Shown here piece by piece: positions 41,000-54,600 of a stretch of DNA of 64,000 bases. The notes under the pieces are model-generated. The model was not told the DNA's origin and searched no databases. It saw only the letters and a program-made list of their open reading frames with translations. Position 1 is the stretch's first letter. Each line of letters starts with the position of its first letter. Source of the stretch: Perkinsus chesapeaki ATCC PRA-425 (taxonomy: Eukaryota; Protista; Perkinsozoa); assembly GCA_013115145.1 (NCBI GenBank), contig JAAPAO010000026.1:1-64000 (forward strand). The letters are read 5' to 3'. The translations under genes and the position numbers were made by a program.

Positions 41000-42260
41000 T
41001 TGAGGTATAAGTTATGCTATGAGTTATTATTATCAGTAGTAGGAGGAGGTAGCATCATTGTTACGGTGCTCATCTTTGTCAGCACCTACATTATGCTTTT
41101 TATCCGACTTCACTCGTTTATGTTTGCTATGTTCTAAAAGTAACACTATAAAGGCATACAGTGCTGTACCGAGGACCTTTTTTAACATCATGCACTATCT
41201 TCTTCTGCTTTGTCTTATCTTTTATTTTCCCATCCTTCTTCTTCCTCCTTTTATCCATTCTCTTCTCCTTCCACTCTAAATGCATTATAGCCCTTTTCTC
41301 CAATTCAACTGCCTTCTTTAACCCCTGCAACCACCACCAACAATGCTCGCTTAGCATTCACCGTATACTATTATTTTCCATTCTAGTAGACCTATTGATA
41401 CCCTAGTAGTCTACTTCTATTACTCATCACACTAACGATGAGACCAAAGAAAACCAGGCATGCCCTCGGTGGCAAAGCACCAATAGTACGGCTTATCAAC
41501 TTCTTACCGCCTTCCCCTTGGTTGCTATTAAATAGTCCCTTCTAGCAAATGCCCATTGCACTATCTCCTCTGAATCTGTATCACTATACTCTTCACCAGG
41601 CTTACTTGCCTTTATATCACCATCTATAACCGAACACCATAGCCTAACTATCATTAATATTATACCCTTCTTTTTCTTCTTCTGCCTCTTAATCTCTACT
41701 ATCTTTACTGGATCTATCTTTTGTAAATATGTCGACCTCCTTAACCTTCTAGCCTCTAACATAACCCTATACCCCCACCCTCCTATCCCTATTATCACCT
41801 TGCTCTTTAACCCTTCGTTTCTCTGCCTCCTCCAACTCTGCCATTTGTTTTGCCTTCTTCTTCGCCTCAGCTTCTTGTTGTTCCCGCTCCTAATAAGCCC
41901 CTATAACCAGTCCCTCGCCTGCCTCTTCTATACCCTTCTAGCAGCCTCCTTCTGTAACCTTTCAACTTCAGCATCATAATCCATTTCAAATTCATAATCA
42001 TCATAATCTTCCCCCTCCTCCTTCTCATGTACATCATATTCAGATACCTCCTCCTCGCCCCATGAGATCCTCTGTTTAGTACCACTCTTCAATGGTGGTG
42101 GAGAAGAAGAAGAAGTCACGGACGAAGCAGCCGCAGCAGTAGGTGATTTAGGCCTAGGAGCCCTGGAAGGACTCTTCTTGGCAGCCTTAGACTTAGATGA
42201 CCCCGTAGGATATAAAATAACTAATAAAATGGTCTCCATATCAATACAACCCAAATCATA
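41000..42260 (-). CDS. Lys/Glu-rich hypothetical protein, or the C-terminal part of the calpain gene
   Basis: Open charged exons (ORFs 41928-42254, 41496-41798, 41127-41357). Confidence 0.4.
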
Positions 42261-42499
42261 ATCTTATTTGACTGCTGTATGTAAGGACATGCTGGTCTGG
42301 ATGAACGTCGTTAATTTAAACGACATAACTACCTTACTAGTAAGTGGGACTACTTATTGCCTTTTTGGCCAAAATATGCCTTTATTTATACTGGATACCC
42401 TTCTCATCCAACCACTTCTTCCACACACTTTGATTCTCTTTAATCCATTCTGGTGCATTTAGATAAGGATCATATGGACACATAGACATTTGCCGATAA

Positions 42500-45400
42500 G
42501 CCAGTAACTGGGCGAATGTCCAGTCATTACTACCAGTTTACATTACATTCCTCCTCTGTTGCATTCCATCTTCCTCGTCATGTAATATAGCCTTCATTGC
42601 CACTCCTAGAGACAGCCTATCCCCCTCAACCTTCATGAATGCACTCGACATATCTATACATAAATTTGACAAAGGAGCGGTATGAGCCGATAGTACCAGG
42701 AGCATCTCCCATACTGCGTGAGAAGCAAGGTAGGCATGAGCTCTTCCTTCCCCTTCTACTATGGGCTAGAGCTGCCCTAGGCTGGCTCATGGACATGGCG
42801 AGCACCATTACCTATAACAGCGATGGATAATAATAAAGTTAGCATCCTAAGGGTATATATATTATTGTTATGTGAATAACAATACACATAAATTCCCCAA
42901 TAGACATTAATCTGTATAGTATTGCTCCTATATATAATGTTCTTACCTTGTCAAATATACTAGCAAAGTCATCAAAGCTCATCCAAAACATGCCATCATC
43001 TCCAGGAGCAAAACCAGTAGCTTCAACAACCTAATCGAATAGTTTAATAGGTTGATACATTAGCATTGATATAACCTCTGGATGAGAGCGCCATGTCGCC
43101 AGGTCACCATCAGACCATCGACCATTCCATTCCGTAGACTGATTACCTTCACCTTTACCATGGGGGTTGCGTAGCTGCACCTAAAACAAAGGTTGGATAG
43201 GAGAATAATGTACAGTGGAGCTTACCAAACGAATGCTACCAACACGACAAGCTGATATTAAACTATAGGCATGGCCAAGGACAAGACCATCGGGCCTGAG
43301 GAAGAGAATGACAATAGATGAAACGGTTAATCGATTAATTATTAATATCATTATTCCGTATCGAGTTAGTAGGAGTAGGGTTACCTAAAGTATCCCTGTA
43401 ATGACTTTGGTTGTTGAAAGCATGTTATACATGCTGCTAAGAGATAGTTCCTCTCATCATAGCTCAACAGCTTATCAAATAAGGCATCGTTATTATATCT
43501 GTTATCATTATAAAAGGCGTCCATTATATTATCCTTCTTACTGAGTAGACAGTATCCCACCTTTATCGGCCATTCCAGGCTGTACTGGTTTATAACCACA
43601 AGTAGGCCTATCTCTACTATGCCACTGTGCCCAACCTCTTTGCCATACCCCAACCTCCGCACGTGTCATATCCTTATCCAATGCCTTACGCTTAAACCTG
43701 CACAAAGGCTTACCCATGGTTTAATAAGTCCATAACGAGACCCACAATTCCACGCTAAGGACCCACCATTAATAGTTCAATACACTCCTACTCGCTGGGA
43801 TTCGAACCCTACTCGCCCGAAGGGGAAACGTGAATGTCAACCGTTTACACTACTAGATCGAGTGTTAACTTACTCATAGACTTGTGAATAGCCAGTCATT
43901 GTCATAAATGCGAATGGTTCATGTCCACCTGCTATCTTACTATACGATCCTACAAACTTAGCCATTGCCTTCTCTAGTATGAGACACCTGATGCACGTTA
44001 TAAAAGGAGACTAATGCCTATAACAGCCACGTACCACATTTCGTTACCATGGGGTGCTGCAAAGAGTGGTTTATACCGCATACGTGGTTTAACTCTACCA
44101 TCGTAACTGATCAATGATGAGGGAGTAAAGGGTAGTAGTAATGATAAAAATAACAAGCAATACACTCTCTTTCCTTGCTCATTGATCCTATAAGGCACCT
44201 GGGAGTAATCTGTATAATACCTAGTAATAAAGTAAAGAGCGGTATGAGATAGTAGTACTATGCTACTTGCAAGGGACGTAATCATCTATTGTAATATCCT
44301 CCCATCTGCATTTAGTGTGATCATAAAGGCTCACTGTATACTTCCCTATTGGTGATATTACCTTATAATAATATACCACACCAACCTCAATACAAGCCTA
44401 TCATCACCTTAGGATTTATCCTCTCTACAACAGAGTCTGGGAACTCAGCCAGACAGGCCATACTAGCCAATAGCCAACAATCCCCCACCACTCCTTGTGT
44501 GAGGTCATTTGGCTCAATAGTATCATCAAATAGATTAACCTATCCTATACTTATATTATCTACTGGTGTATTATATCATACCTCCTCATCATGACTTAGT
44601 CCACAGTTCATCCTTATTAGATCCGGTATCCTAACCCATACTGCTTCATCTCTCTCCTTTGGTGTTAGCCTTAACCTCGACTTAGGATCCTCGCTATTAA
44701 CAGGGCCTATACGATACACATAACCCTATCACCATACAGGATAGTGTAGCATGAGCTCGCAGACGATGCTGATACCGTGAAAGGCAAGGGTAAGTGTGCA
44801 ATGCATGCTGGATTCAACTTTGAGTTCCCAAAGTGACGTCTTGTTAAATGAACACGGTTAAGTCCAGTTAAGTAATTCGCTAAATTACAGAGATTATGAG
44901 AATCAATATTGATGTTTTACATACATCAAGGCAATGTTTTACAAAGTCAAAGTGGCGTTCTAACCCTCATTACTACCAATAGTGTTTCTAGAGTCCAATG
45001 GTGAGAACTCCTTATCAATAAATAATCCATCCATCCCAGGCCTTGGTACCTAACACTTACCATTAACCTATTAACACTACCTTCTACTTTACTTTATCAG
45101 GAGGAGGGGCATCCATTGTATTCTGTGATGCCTTCATAGTCCTCCACCACCTACACCATAAACCCTTATCACCACTACACCATACATCCCTTGCCCCCCG
45201 CCCCCCCGCCGGTGATCTCCTCTACATATGCCTTTCAGTATGTCTACGTATCTTCCTTTTATTCATCCATCTCCTTAGCCTAGCCCTTATACTCCATCTT
45301 TCATGCCTATCTATCTCCATCAACTGCCATGACTGCCGCCGCCGCCGACCATGATCACAGACACCTCCAGTGTGCCTTATCTTCCTATACACCATTATCA

Positions 45401-46560
45401 TAAAGCCCCCCCTTCCCATTTGCACTATATTGGCTTGTATAGGAGGAGATCACCGTGACAAGGGCACGATATCTCTATTATTAGCTCAACTACTGCTGCT
45501 GTATCATTCCCTTGTATTATTACCTTGACCCTTTACTTCCCTTATATCCCCCTTCAGCAGCAGCAGCAGCATGATTAACCTGATAAATATATACAATATT
45601 TCAAACACAACTAGGCTATGCACTATTCCCCTCAGATCGATATGGTGGTTTCATATGCTCAACCACTTGCGCATTAGGCACTAATACGGCTATTACCTTT
45701 CTATGTAGAGGTGAAGATGATGCTGGCGCGGCGGCGGCAGTAGGTGGACTTTGTATACTAGGCTGTTGTTGTTGCTGGTGGTGGTAATGGTGATGATGTG
45801 TTGTTGCTGGTGTGGCTATCACTGCCTTCTTATTATTATCCAGTTTATATGCAGCCCAGGCCAATTGTAAAGTACCATATCTTTTATCAGTAGCAGTACA
45901 ATAATATGAATACTCTCCTATCATCACCACTCTACTACCCCTCTATCGCCATCTCTTACCTGGTCTAGTATGCGAGCTAACCTTAACATATCCCGGAGGT
46001 GGTGAGGGGGCTAACAGTAATAATAACACCACCGAGGCCCAAGCGTCCCTTACCTCCACCTTGCTCTTCCCTACTACTATATGCATCCCATGCCATCTCC
46101 AATGTACTATACCTATTAAAGTTTATACCATTACCCCTATAACCAGCCCTTACTTCTGCCCCTGTATTGGATCATAATAGCTTACATGTCCTGGTCTAGA
46201 ATGTGACTGTACTACTACGAATCCTGGTGGCAGTGATGACGTACCCCCTTGTTGGTGTATCTATGCCCACTCAGGCCCTTCCTACCTCTACAACCTACCT
46301 CTTTGATGACTGTATTATGGACTACTTGGGGTGCATGACTCTGATGATGATGCTGCTGCTGCAGCACACTATGCCTCTGACACACCACAATACACCCCTA
46401 AGCCCCTATACTATTACCGTATTAACCCCTCCTATTGGAGCTACTCCTCCATTCACTATAGCAGGATTCCTATAACCATCATTACCCTTATTTACCACTT
46501 CCTTATATTACCTTTGATAATAATAACTATCTCTAGTAGGGTAGTAGCTAGGCATAGCAT
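42500..46560 (-). CDS. Calpain-like cysteine protease (CysPc) with N-terminal extension
   Basis: FIDKEFSP, DLTQGVVGDCWLLAS, LEKAMAKFVGSYSKIAGG, GLVLGHAYSL, QLRNPHG...EWNGRWSD and DDGMFWMSFDDF. The ends are approximate. Confidence 0.88.
43790..43863 (-). other. Degenerate type II (long variable arm) tRNA-like element in a calpain intron
   Basis: GGG-TTCGAAT-CCC T-arm, CCC-TTC-GGG variable arm and ACTCG/CGAGT closing stem. The D and anticodon arms are broken. Confidence 0.45.
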
Positions 46561-46647
46561 TGGACAATAACAACTATACTTAATGATACACCAGCAGCAG
46601 CAGGCTAACACAAGTCATATGGGTATAATAGAGTAGTTGTATGATTA

Positions 46648-46938
46648 TCATTCACGGCAACAATAAGAATCAAGCTTATCCAGCTTATCTATAATAGGTT
46701 CAATCAATAACAAATTACCCAGATACCATGGTCTCCTAAGATATGCCAGCTTTAACACTATTAAAGCCATCGCCCCCCCTGTTATATGAAGTAACAGCAG
46801 CAGCATCAACAGTGCTGGCCTGGCGAGAGTATGAAGAAATGGTATTGAGGATTGAATCTGAATGGCTAACAATAGGCTGATAGGCCAAGGCCGGCGGTAA
46901 TTCAACGGGAGCTCAATCCGTAATGAATATAGCTCCAT
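46648..46938 (-). CDS. Small hypothetical protein
   Basis: ATG-started ORF after a pyrimidine tract, with probable internal introns. No motif was recognised. Confidence 0.3.
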   Translation of the reverse strand: MELYSLRIELPLNYRRPWPISLLLAIQIQSSIPFLHTLARPALLMLLLLLHITGGAMALIVLKLAYLRRPWYLGNLLLIEPIIDKLDKLDSYCCRE

Positions 46939-47049
46939 AACTTACCATGTATCATTTTCTAACATCATTTAAGAAGTGGATGATGGTGCTTTATTATTAG
47001 TAACCCCCGCAGAACTGCTGCTGCTGCTGTCATTAGACTGCTGCTGCCT

Positions 47050-47910
47050 TCCAACCATCTGATGATACTATTACTAAACCACCCCTCCTCTATATCCTTA
47101 TTACTTTCTTTTCTATAGCCTCCCAATTATTATATATACCTGCCCCTAGAGTACCGGTAATGAACCCTAGCACCGATCCTCGACCAAAGCCAATGCCTTG
47201 AACTGGTCCCAAACCACCACCAATAACCGTACCAATCAAAGCACAACGATCGGTATTAACTTGACCTGGACCACATCCATGCCGAAACGTTACTGTGTGT
47301 TGTTGCGTACTAGCATTATATCTTATCCTATATGCCCTGTCTAGGAAGCCTTCATAATCAACATCACCACGCACCATTCTACCGTACCTTTTATATAATC
47401 TATATTAGTAATGGATGATATTACTATTACCACATAGCTGGTGTTAGGAAGAATAACCCACCCAGAGCCCATCTAGGACTCAAGGCCAGACGAGACACAT
47501 TAGGTTTACGTAGGACAAGACCGAACAGGGATGACCCTATTAGACCAAAGCCGGCACCAAGCTGCATAAATAATAATGAGGTGGTAGAGTGGCAAGATGG
47601 CTGACCTGTGCACACTTAACAGCTACATGAATGAAGACCTCGGCCTCTGGATCGGGGATCAGCTTCTCAGGATCATCCGCCAATTTCTTATCATCATCAG
47701 ACTTGAAAGAGAATAAGTTACGCCAGTACCTGAAAACAGCTGAACACGGAAGCGGGCCATCTTTAAACCTATGAACCCCAGGTTCAATCCTCACCCAGCC
47801 GAGTTCTGTATCCCTCTTAAGAGCCTTTCACCATCCAATTGGTGGGGCTTCTCATGCACAGTCTCCGCCTCCGACACTGCTGCTGGTTGATCGGTATTAT
47901 CAGCCATATA
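47050..47910 (-). CDS. DUF1757-like membrane protein, copy 2 (may extend upstream to ~48200)
   Basis: IPDPEAEVFIHVAVKCAQ...FLDRAYRIRYN..Q..TDR...IG resembles the DUF1757 pattern (recalled from memory). Confidence 0.6.
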
Positions 47911-48293
47911 TAACAAACACTACAATAGCCTAATGCTCATACATTACAACATAACACTTGAATGGGAATTAGGGAGCTTCACAAAAATGATATATCTCGA
48001 CATTGTCTCGACATGCACGTCCTCATGCTGCCTGCCTTGCCTTATCTATAAAGAAATCACCAACCTATCAACAAAGCCCAGCTCATCTGTTACCCTAATA
48101 CATCCCTATTACTGTTATTCTCACAGCCTCCTTATCAGACTTCAACTTCTTAGATGCATCGGTAGCCTACCAATCGATTGAGAAATAAATGTCGAGTAAA
48201 TATGCTCCTCCACGAGAATGGCAATACTAATATCTTATAAGTATATTAACAATACTAGACGATAATATTATATAAATGATATAAACCACAGCA

Positions 48294-48990
48294 CTAGTTC
48301 CAGCCATCACCTACTGTATCCTTTAAAGCCTTTTTATTATTCTCTATCAATCCATATATTGTACCACTCAAAAAGCCAAATACCATACCCTTAGGAACAC
48401 CATGCATTCCAAGTAATACCGGTGCTAATGTAGCACCAGATGCAGCACCAATAATGGAGCATTTATCTACGTCCACTCGCCCTACCAAAGCCCATCCACC
48501 ACTACACCTTAGCTTTACTACCATCAACACTAAATTTCTTTTTTAACCTTCCTACAATACTATCATCCTCTTTAACTTGTATCCCTCCCAACATATCATA
48601 CCTATCAACCCTATCAATATTAGCGAATATCAGCTTATCACTTACCAAGCTAGAGGTGTCAGAATAGCAGCACCACCCAGGATCCACACTGGGCTTACTG
48701 CACACCTTAACATACCTATTCTTCGTAATGCCAATGCTCCTACTGTCGAGATTGCCGCACCACTGATAGCACCAACCTAGACCAAACCATCTACCGTCTG
48801 ATGTATCATTTCCCGGCCTACCTGAGCACTTTTAATTGCTATTTTTGCCATTGGCTCTATATCCGTATGTTGAGCTTTAACAGTTGCCCATATAGATGTG
48901 AAGGCACTGTCAATACTCCTGAATGAAGGTAATAATTAAGGAGAGTAAGAGTAGATAACTCCTACTTCCCTATTGGAGATAACACTTCAT
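48294..48990 (-). CDS. DUF1757-like membrane protein, copy 1
   Basis: DIEPMAKIAIKSAQ, AVSPVWILGG...LTPLAW and VDVDKCSIIGAASG...GFLSGT are collinear with copy 2. Confidence 0.55.
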
Positions 48991-49169
48991 TTATTATATC
49001 AGTTGTAGTCCTGCCATCTACTGTTGTGGACATAGCTATGTAATACTATTCATTAATAATATTATCAATAAAACCCTTATATAATTGTATAGAAGCAGCA
49101 GCAGCGGCGCTGTCCACGCAATACACATGGCATTATATAATAATATACACTATCAATAGTTCAACATTA

Positions 49170-49940
<771 letters not shown>

Positions 49941-50994
49941 TCAACAACAAAACAACAGTCTCGCTCACATAGACACGAGCAACAACGCGCTTTTGCAGTA
50001 GCGCACGCCCGGATAGTCGAGTTCACGGGACACCACGGTCCTAGCGGGCTGCTGAGGATATTTGCTGAATCAGTGGTAGTAGATTCGATGATGAATGCAC
50101 TTAAGGTATATGCCTGAGCGGTGAAGAGTGCAAGATTGTCTACTATTTTAATAAATATAGGCTTCTGACTCACAAGTTCTGAGTAACGATCGGTGTTATT
50201 CCATCAACGTCAACTTATGGTACTGTGACTGTCTGGGTCACACTCTGCATCATAGCTCAGAAGAAAGGGCTTTTACTAGTCGCAACTCGCAAATACAAAG
50301 AGAAGTTCAGAAAATGTTGAAATAACCCTGAATTGGATGCGAATAATAACGATGCAGCGCACCTGCTAGCGTACTAGATCATATAGTCTGGATATACGCA
50401 ATGATGATGATAGCAATGATGGGGAGTGATTAACTATTTATCAAGTAGTACTTAAACACAACAATAATAAAAAGAATTGCAAGGACAGTAGGACCGACCC
50501 TACTCTCTATTGAGACCTGAACAGGCAGCTCCACAGGTAAACTTTACCTGAACTGCTGAACTGCTTTACCTAGAACTGCTTGGAGTCTCCAAGCAGTTCC
50601 AATGCATGCCTAGGTTTTTTTCTGGATGATGTTGGTTTACCAGTGAAATAATGCTAACTTACGGTTCCCTGATTGAGAATCTCAATTTGAGATGGTATAT
50701 GTGAGTCACATGATGTCGCATCTTTGGGCTAAAGAAACAAATCCCAGTGACTGGGACTCAGTTAGTCGGCTATAGGTGCGGCCTGACTCTGATCGCACAA
50801 TTTTCGACGGTTTTTTATAAATTTACTGGGCGAGCGGAATATGCATGGCTGGCATGATAATTGGAATTAATCGAGGTCAATTTATTGGGCAGATTAATTC
50901 GCGCCCTGATGCACAGGCGTGCGTGCAGAATATAACACAATCGCGCGCGCGTGCAAACATCCTGCGTACATTAAACCACTCAGGATCTAAACTG

Positions 50995-51216
50995 AGACGC
51001 CAGGGTCCTTTCTAGTAAACCAAGCCCGAGCCCAGCGGCCGGCCCGTGCTAGTAGCGACAAGAGACTTGTATAAGCGCTAGTAGCGCGGTCTCCAAACCC
51101 CTTTTTTCCACCCGCCCGCCCAGGCGGTGCACCTCTAGCCCAGGCTCTTGGTGCACGGGTCAGGCAGCTGCCTAGCTTTCCGCTAGAACAGCAACCCGAC
51201 CTACTACCCAACGCCT
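50995..51216 (-). ncRNA. Candidate structured RNA element of unknown class
   Basis: A GC-rich island whose ends pair (AGGCGUUGGGU with ACCCUGGCGUCU), enclosing several hairpins. G-U pairs favour the minus strand. Confidence 0.4.
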
Positions 51217-51689
51217 GTTCGGAAGGAAGGAGAAATAAATAGTTTAAAGACTTAAACTGACGAAAAATCAGCATTTAACTCGTTATATTGAAAGAATAAT
51301 AAAAAAAAATTGGTAGGTGATATAATTTTGTAATGAGGTTTACATTCTGGAACGCTGTGTATAAATCATATCGTAATGAGATATATAATATATTATGAGC
51401 AAACTGAAGGTATCTTGTATCAGTTTCATTCATCTACCTCTCAAACGTTGAGTAAGTCTATACCCAAATACTAATAACTAATGACAACAACTTCAGCCTA
51501 CTAACTCTAAACAGGTCAACTCACTGGAGCTGACGTCCCTCATTATCAGTGTATTAATCTATCAATTGTACTAAACTCAGTAAGGCTTTATTTGAAATAT
51601 AAATTTCCAGTGGTTGTGGTAGGTATGGGCTAGATTCATGCAGCAGCAGCAGTATAATGGTGGTGGTTATCAGTCGTTAGTAGCAGTAG

Positions 51690-54600
51690 CATAGCTACTA
51701 ATTGATTCTTGTTCTTCACATCCTGGACTTATCCGTTTCGCTGCTCTAATTTGCAGTCTAGCCCATTCCTCCTATAATAATATTATCATAATACTATTAT
51801 ATGTATTACTATTGAGTTGGCATTCCTGTTAATTGATGGTGGCATCCATGGTACACTGCCAGACACTGGTCGACTATTAGCTGCCGCTGCATTGCTACAT
51901 GTTGGTGGATGAAAGGCTTGCATTGCTGAAACAACGACAAAGACCATTAATCTACCATAATTCCTCCAACTCTTGCATACAATAACCTCTACGTTTCCCA
52001 ATAGACTATCCTCTTACCTGTAGTTGGTCCCGCTCCTCCACCACCCCTGGACTGCTGCTGCTGCTTAGCCTGTTGTTGGCCTGTCCTACTGCTACTAGAC
52101 GCTCCCTCCGTAAAGGTCCTTAAATTAAAGGATGGTACTTTAGGTACTCTAAGCCTTTGTCGGAAGTCTACAACGTAAGTAATACAATACCAGACTAGAA
52201 TAACCTTACTATGTTGTCCATTATTGCAGCTGGTTGCTATTGCTGTGCGTTGCTGATGATAAGCTGTAGGTGGACCAAAGCTGCCAGCTGCCTGCTGTTT
52301 AGTTGGCCTGAATGTTACCCCAGTGGGTGGTGGTGGGCTAAAGGGTGGTATCTACACCAAGCAATGGATAACAATATAAATATTAACCACATACGAATTG
52401 AGATTGCTTATGAAGTGTTATTGGTGGAGGCGATGCCAGAGAGATGCTCTCAGCTGCTCGTAACTACCCTATTCAGTTATTACAGCTATTATTGTTACCT
52501 ACCGGCCTAGATGGTCCAAAGAAGGACGGTGTCCTTGACCTATGCGATAGAGCTGTAGGGGACACTAGACTGCCTAATGCTGTCATAGGTACATCTAATA
52601 CAACATTACAATAATTAAACAATATACAGCAGCTACGCTTCGCTATGGATCCTTGCACTATGTGCATTGATGCTCCTCCTGGATGGGGAAGACTCCTAAT
52701 CCTCTGGTGAGCTAATAATGGTGTTCCTGGCCTCGGGAACCCTACATACCGAGCCTTCACCACCGCCATGTTAGAAGATTACCAAAGTTAACCGCAGATT
52801 CACGGAATCTTCTGGGTGGAGCTGCACCTAGGCGAGGGGGGGATCCTCCGAAGCCCCGCGTTGGTGTATGTGCTAATAAGGACGGTGGTGAGGCTGCTAC
52901 TGATCTAGCTGATAGTGATGGTGTTCTCATCTGGTTATATGATAATATATTTTAATAGTAACATAACATATACCTTAGTCACCTGGTCACATCTTATATA
53001 ACCTCCACGTCTACTATCGACTTCATTAACCTGAAGAAAGAAGCACGGTAATAGTAGGAATGAATAAGCTCATACAATAGTCGATTATAAATACAACTAT
53101 CTGGTGGGGTTTGGTAATAATAATATTAGGTAAAAAGTAGTGTACTTTAGGATCATATACATACTGTCACTTGTACATTATATTATACATGTGTATTATT
53201 AATATATTAAAAAGTACTATAATAACTGTATTCGAATAATTACACAGTTACCACCTTTTGTATGGTATCCATCCTATTTGATGATGAGCTGCTGCCGCCT
53301 GATGATGATGCCACCGATAACCGCCTAAATATCATCAGTAAGACCATCATCCCCGACTACACTACATCATTACCTCGTAGCCGTCCCTCCTGCTGGTCTA
53401 CATTTACCGCCAGAATCAATGCACATAGAATCATAACATGGCATGGAATGACAGGAACCTAGACCATGGCAAATAAGGTATAACGGTAATAGGATGAGTA
53501 CTTAGACTGCCTGTTGAGAGTCGATAAGGTCGAATAGCAAAGGCTGACAATAGGTCATCGTTAGGCACTGGTCCTCCAGTAATACGAGTCACATCATTAG
53601 CGTTTATTGGGGAATTCTCCTATATAAATATTATACCATATTTCCTTCACATCATACCTCCATTAATACAGTCTTTTCCATAGATGGACTGTTAACCGCT
53701 GATAATGTCTCTAACCTATTGAAACACTCATAAACCACAGTAACTAGTAGGCTTACTGATCAATATCAACCATTCTTCGTCTTTCTTCAAGTACCCTAGC
53801 CCAATAGGATTCTATAACCTTCACACTATACCGTACACTACTACGCCATTTATTATACCTATATAACCACCTATTAATACCACCTTTCCAACAACAATAA
53901 CAATACCTACCCTCGAGTCGCTATTATCTTCCTCAGCCATGACTGTATGGCAATAGCAGCAACTCTCCTTCTCTCCCTTATTCGTATAATATATCGTTTA
54001 GCTGCTCTCTGTAACTTCACCAAAGCTGCCTTCACCCTCACCCTATAATAATAATACCATATTATCCAAATACCCTATCCTATACCCTACATCTCTTTCC
54101 GTTGCTTCATCCCCCTCCAAACTGCCTGTATTTGGCATGCCTTGATTGATCGTTTACAGTGTAACATATAGTTGAGGTGCTGATGATGATACATAATATA
54201 ACCTCCTATGGGCGGTCTCACCTCGTAAGCTGGACGCTTGAGGAAGACTTTGGAATTCCCCACCAAAAAGAGGAACTCCTTAACATCCTTATCGCCTAAT
54301 TACTCCACATTACATTTATAACACCATTTAATTACTCTCTATCTCCTTTGCCAATATCTCCATTGATGCCCTTATCCTATCCTTCAAGTCTCTAACATCC
54401 TTCCTATACTCACAACCCTCCATGCCATTGGCCAATACCGGCCAATAGTCCTGTGCAAAGTCACTGAGACCTATCCTAACTGGATACCTGATGAGACGTG
54501 TTATAGCAATAACCCTTCAATACCTTTACCCATTCCTAGCCACCTCTACCGCTTGAATAACCCCACCATATCGTAGTTGGTCTACAACTGAGCATCTTTC

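Noticed and set aside
50105-50128. TATGCCTGAGCGGTGAAG resembling an LSU rRNA segment
   Set aside because: The match is too short and there is no surrounding rRNA similarity.
50979-51300. Telomerase RNA identity for the structured element
   Set aside because: No CCCTAA(A)-type template on the folded strand.
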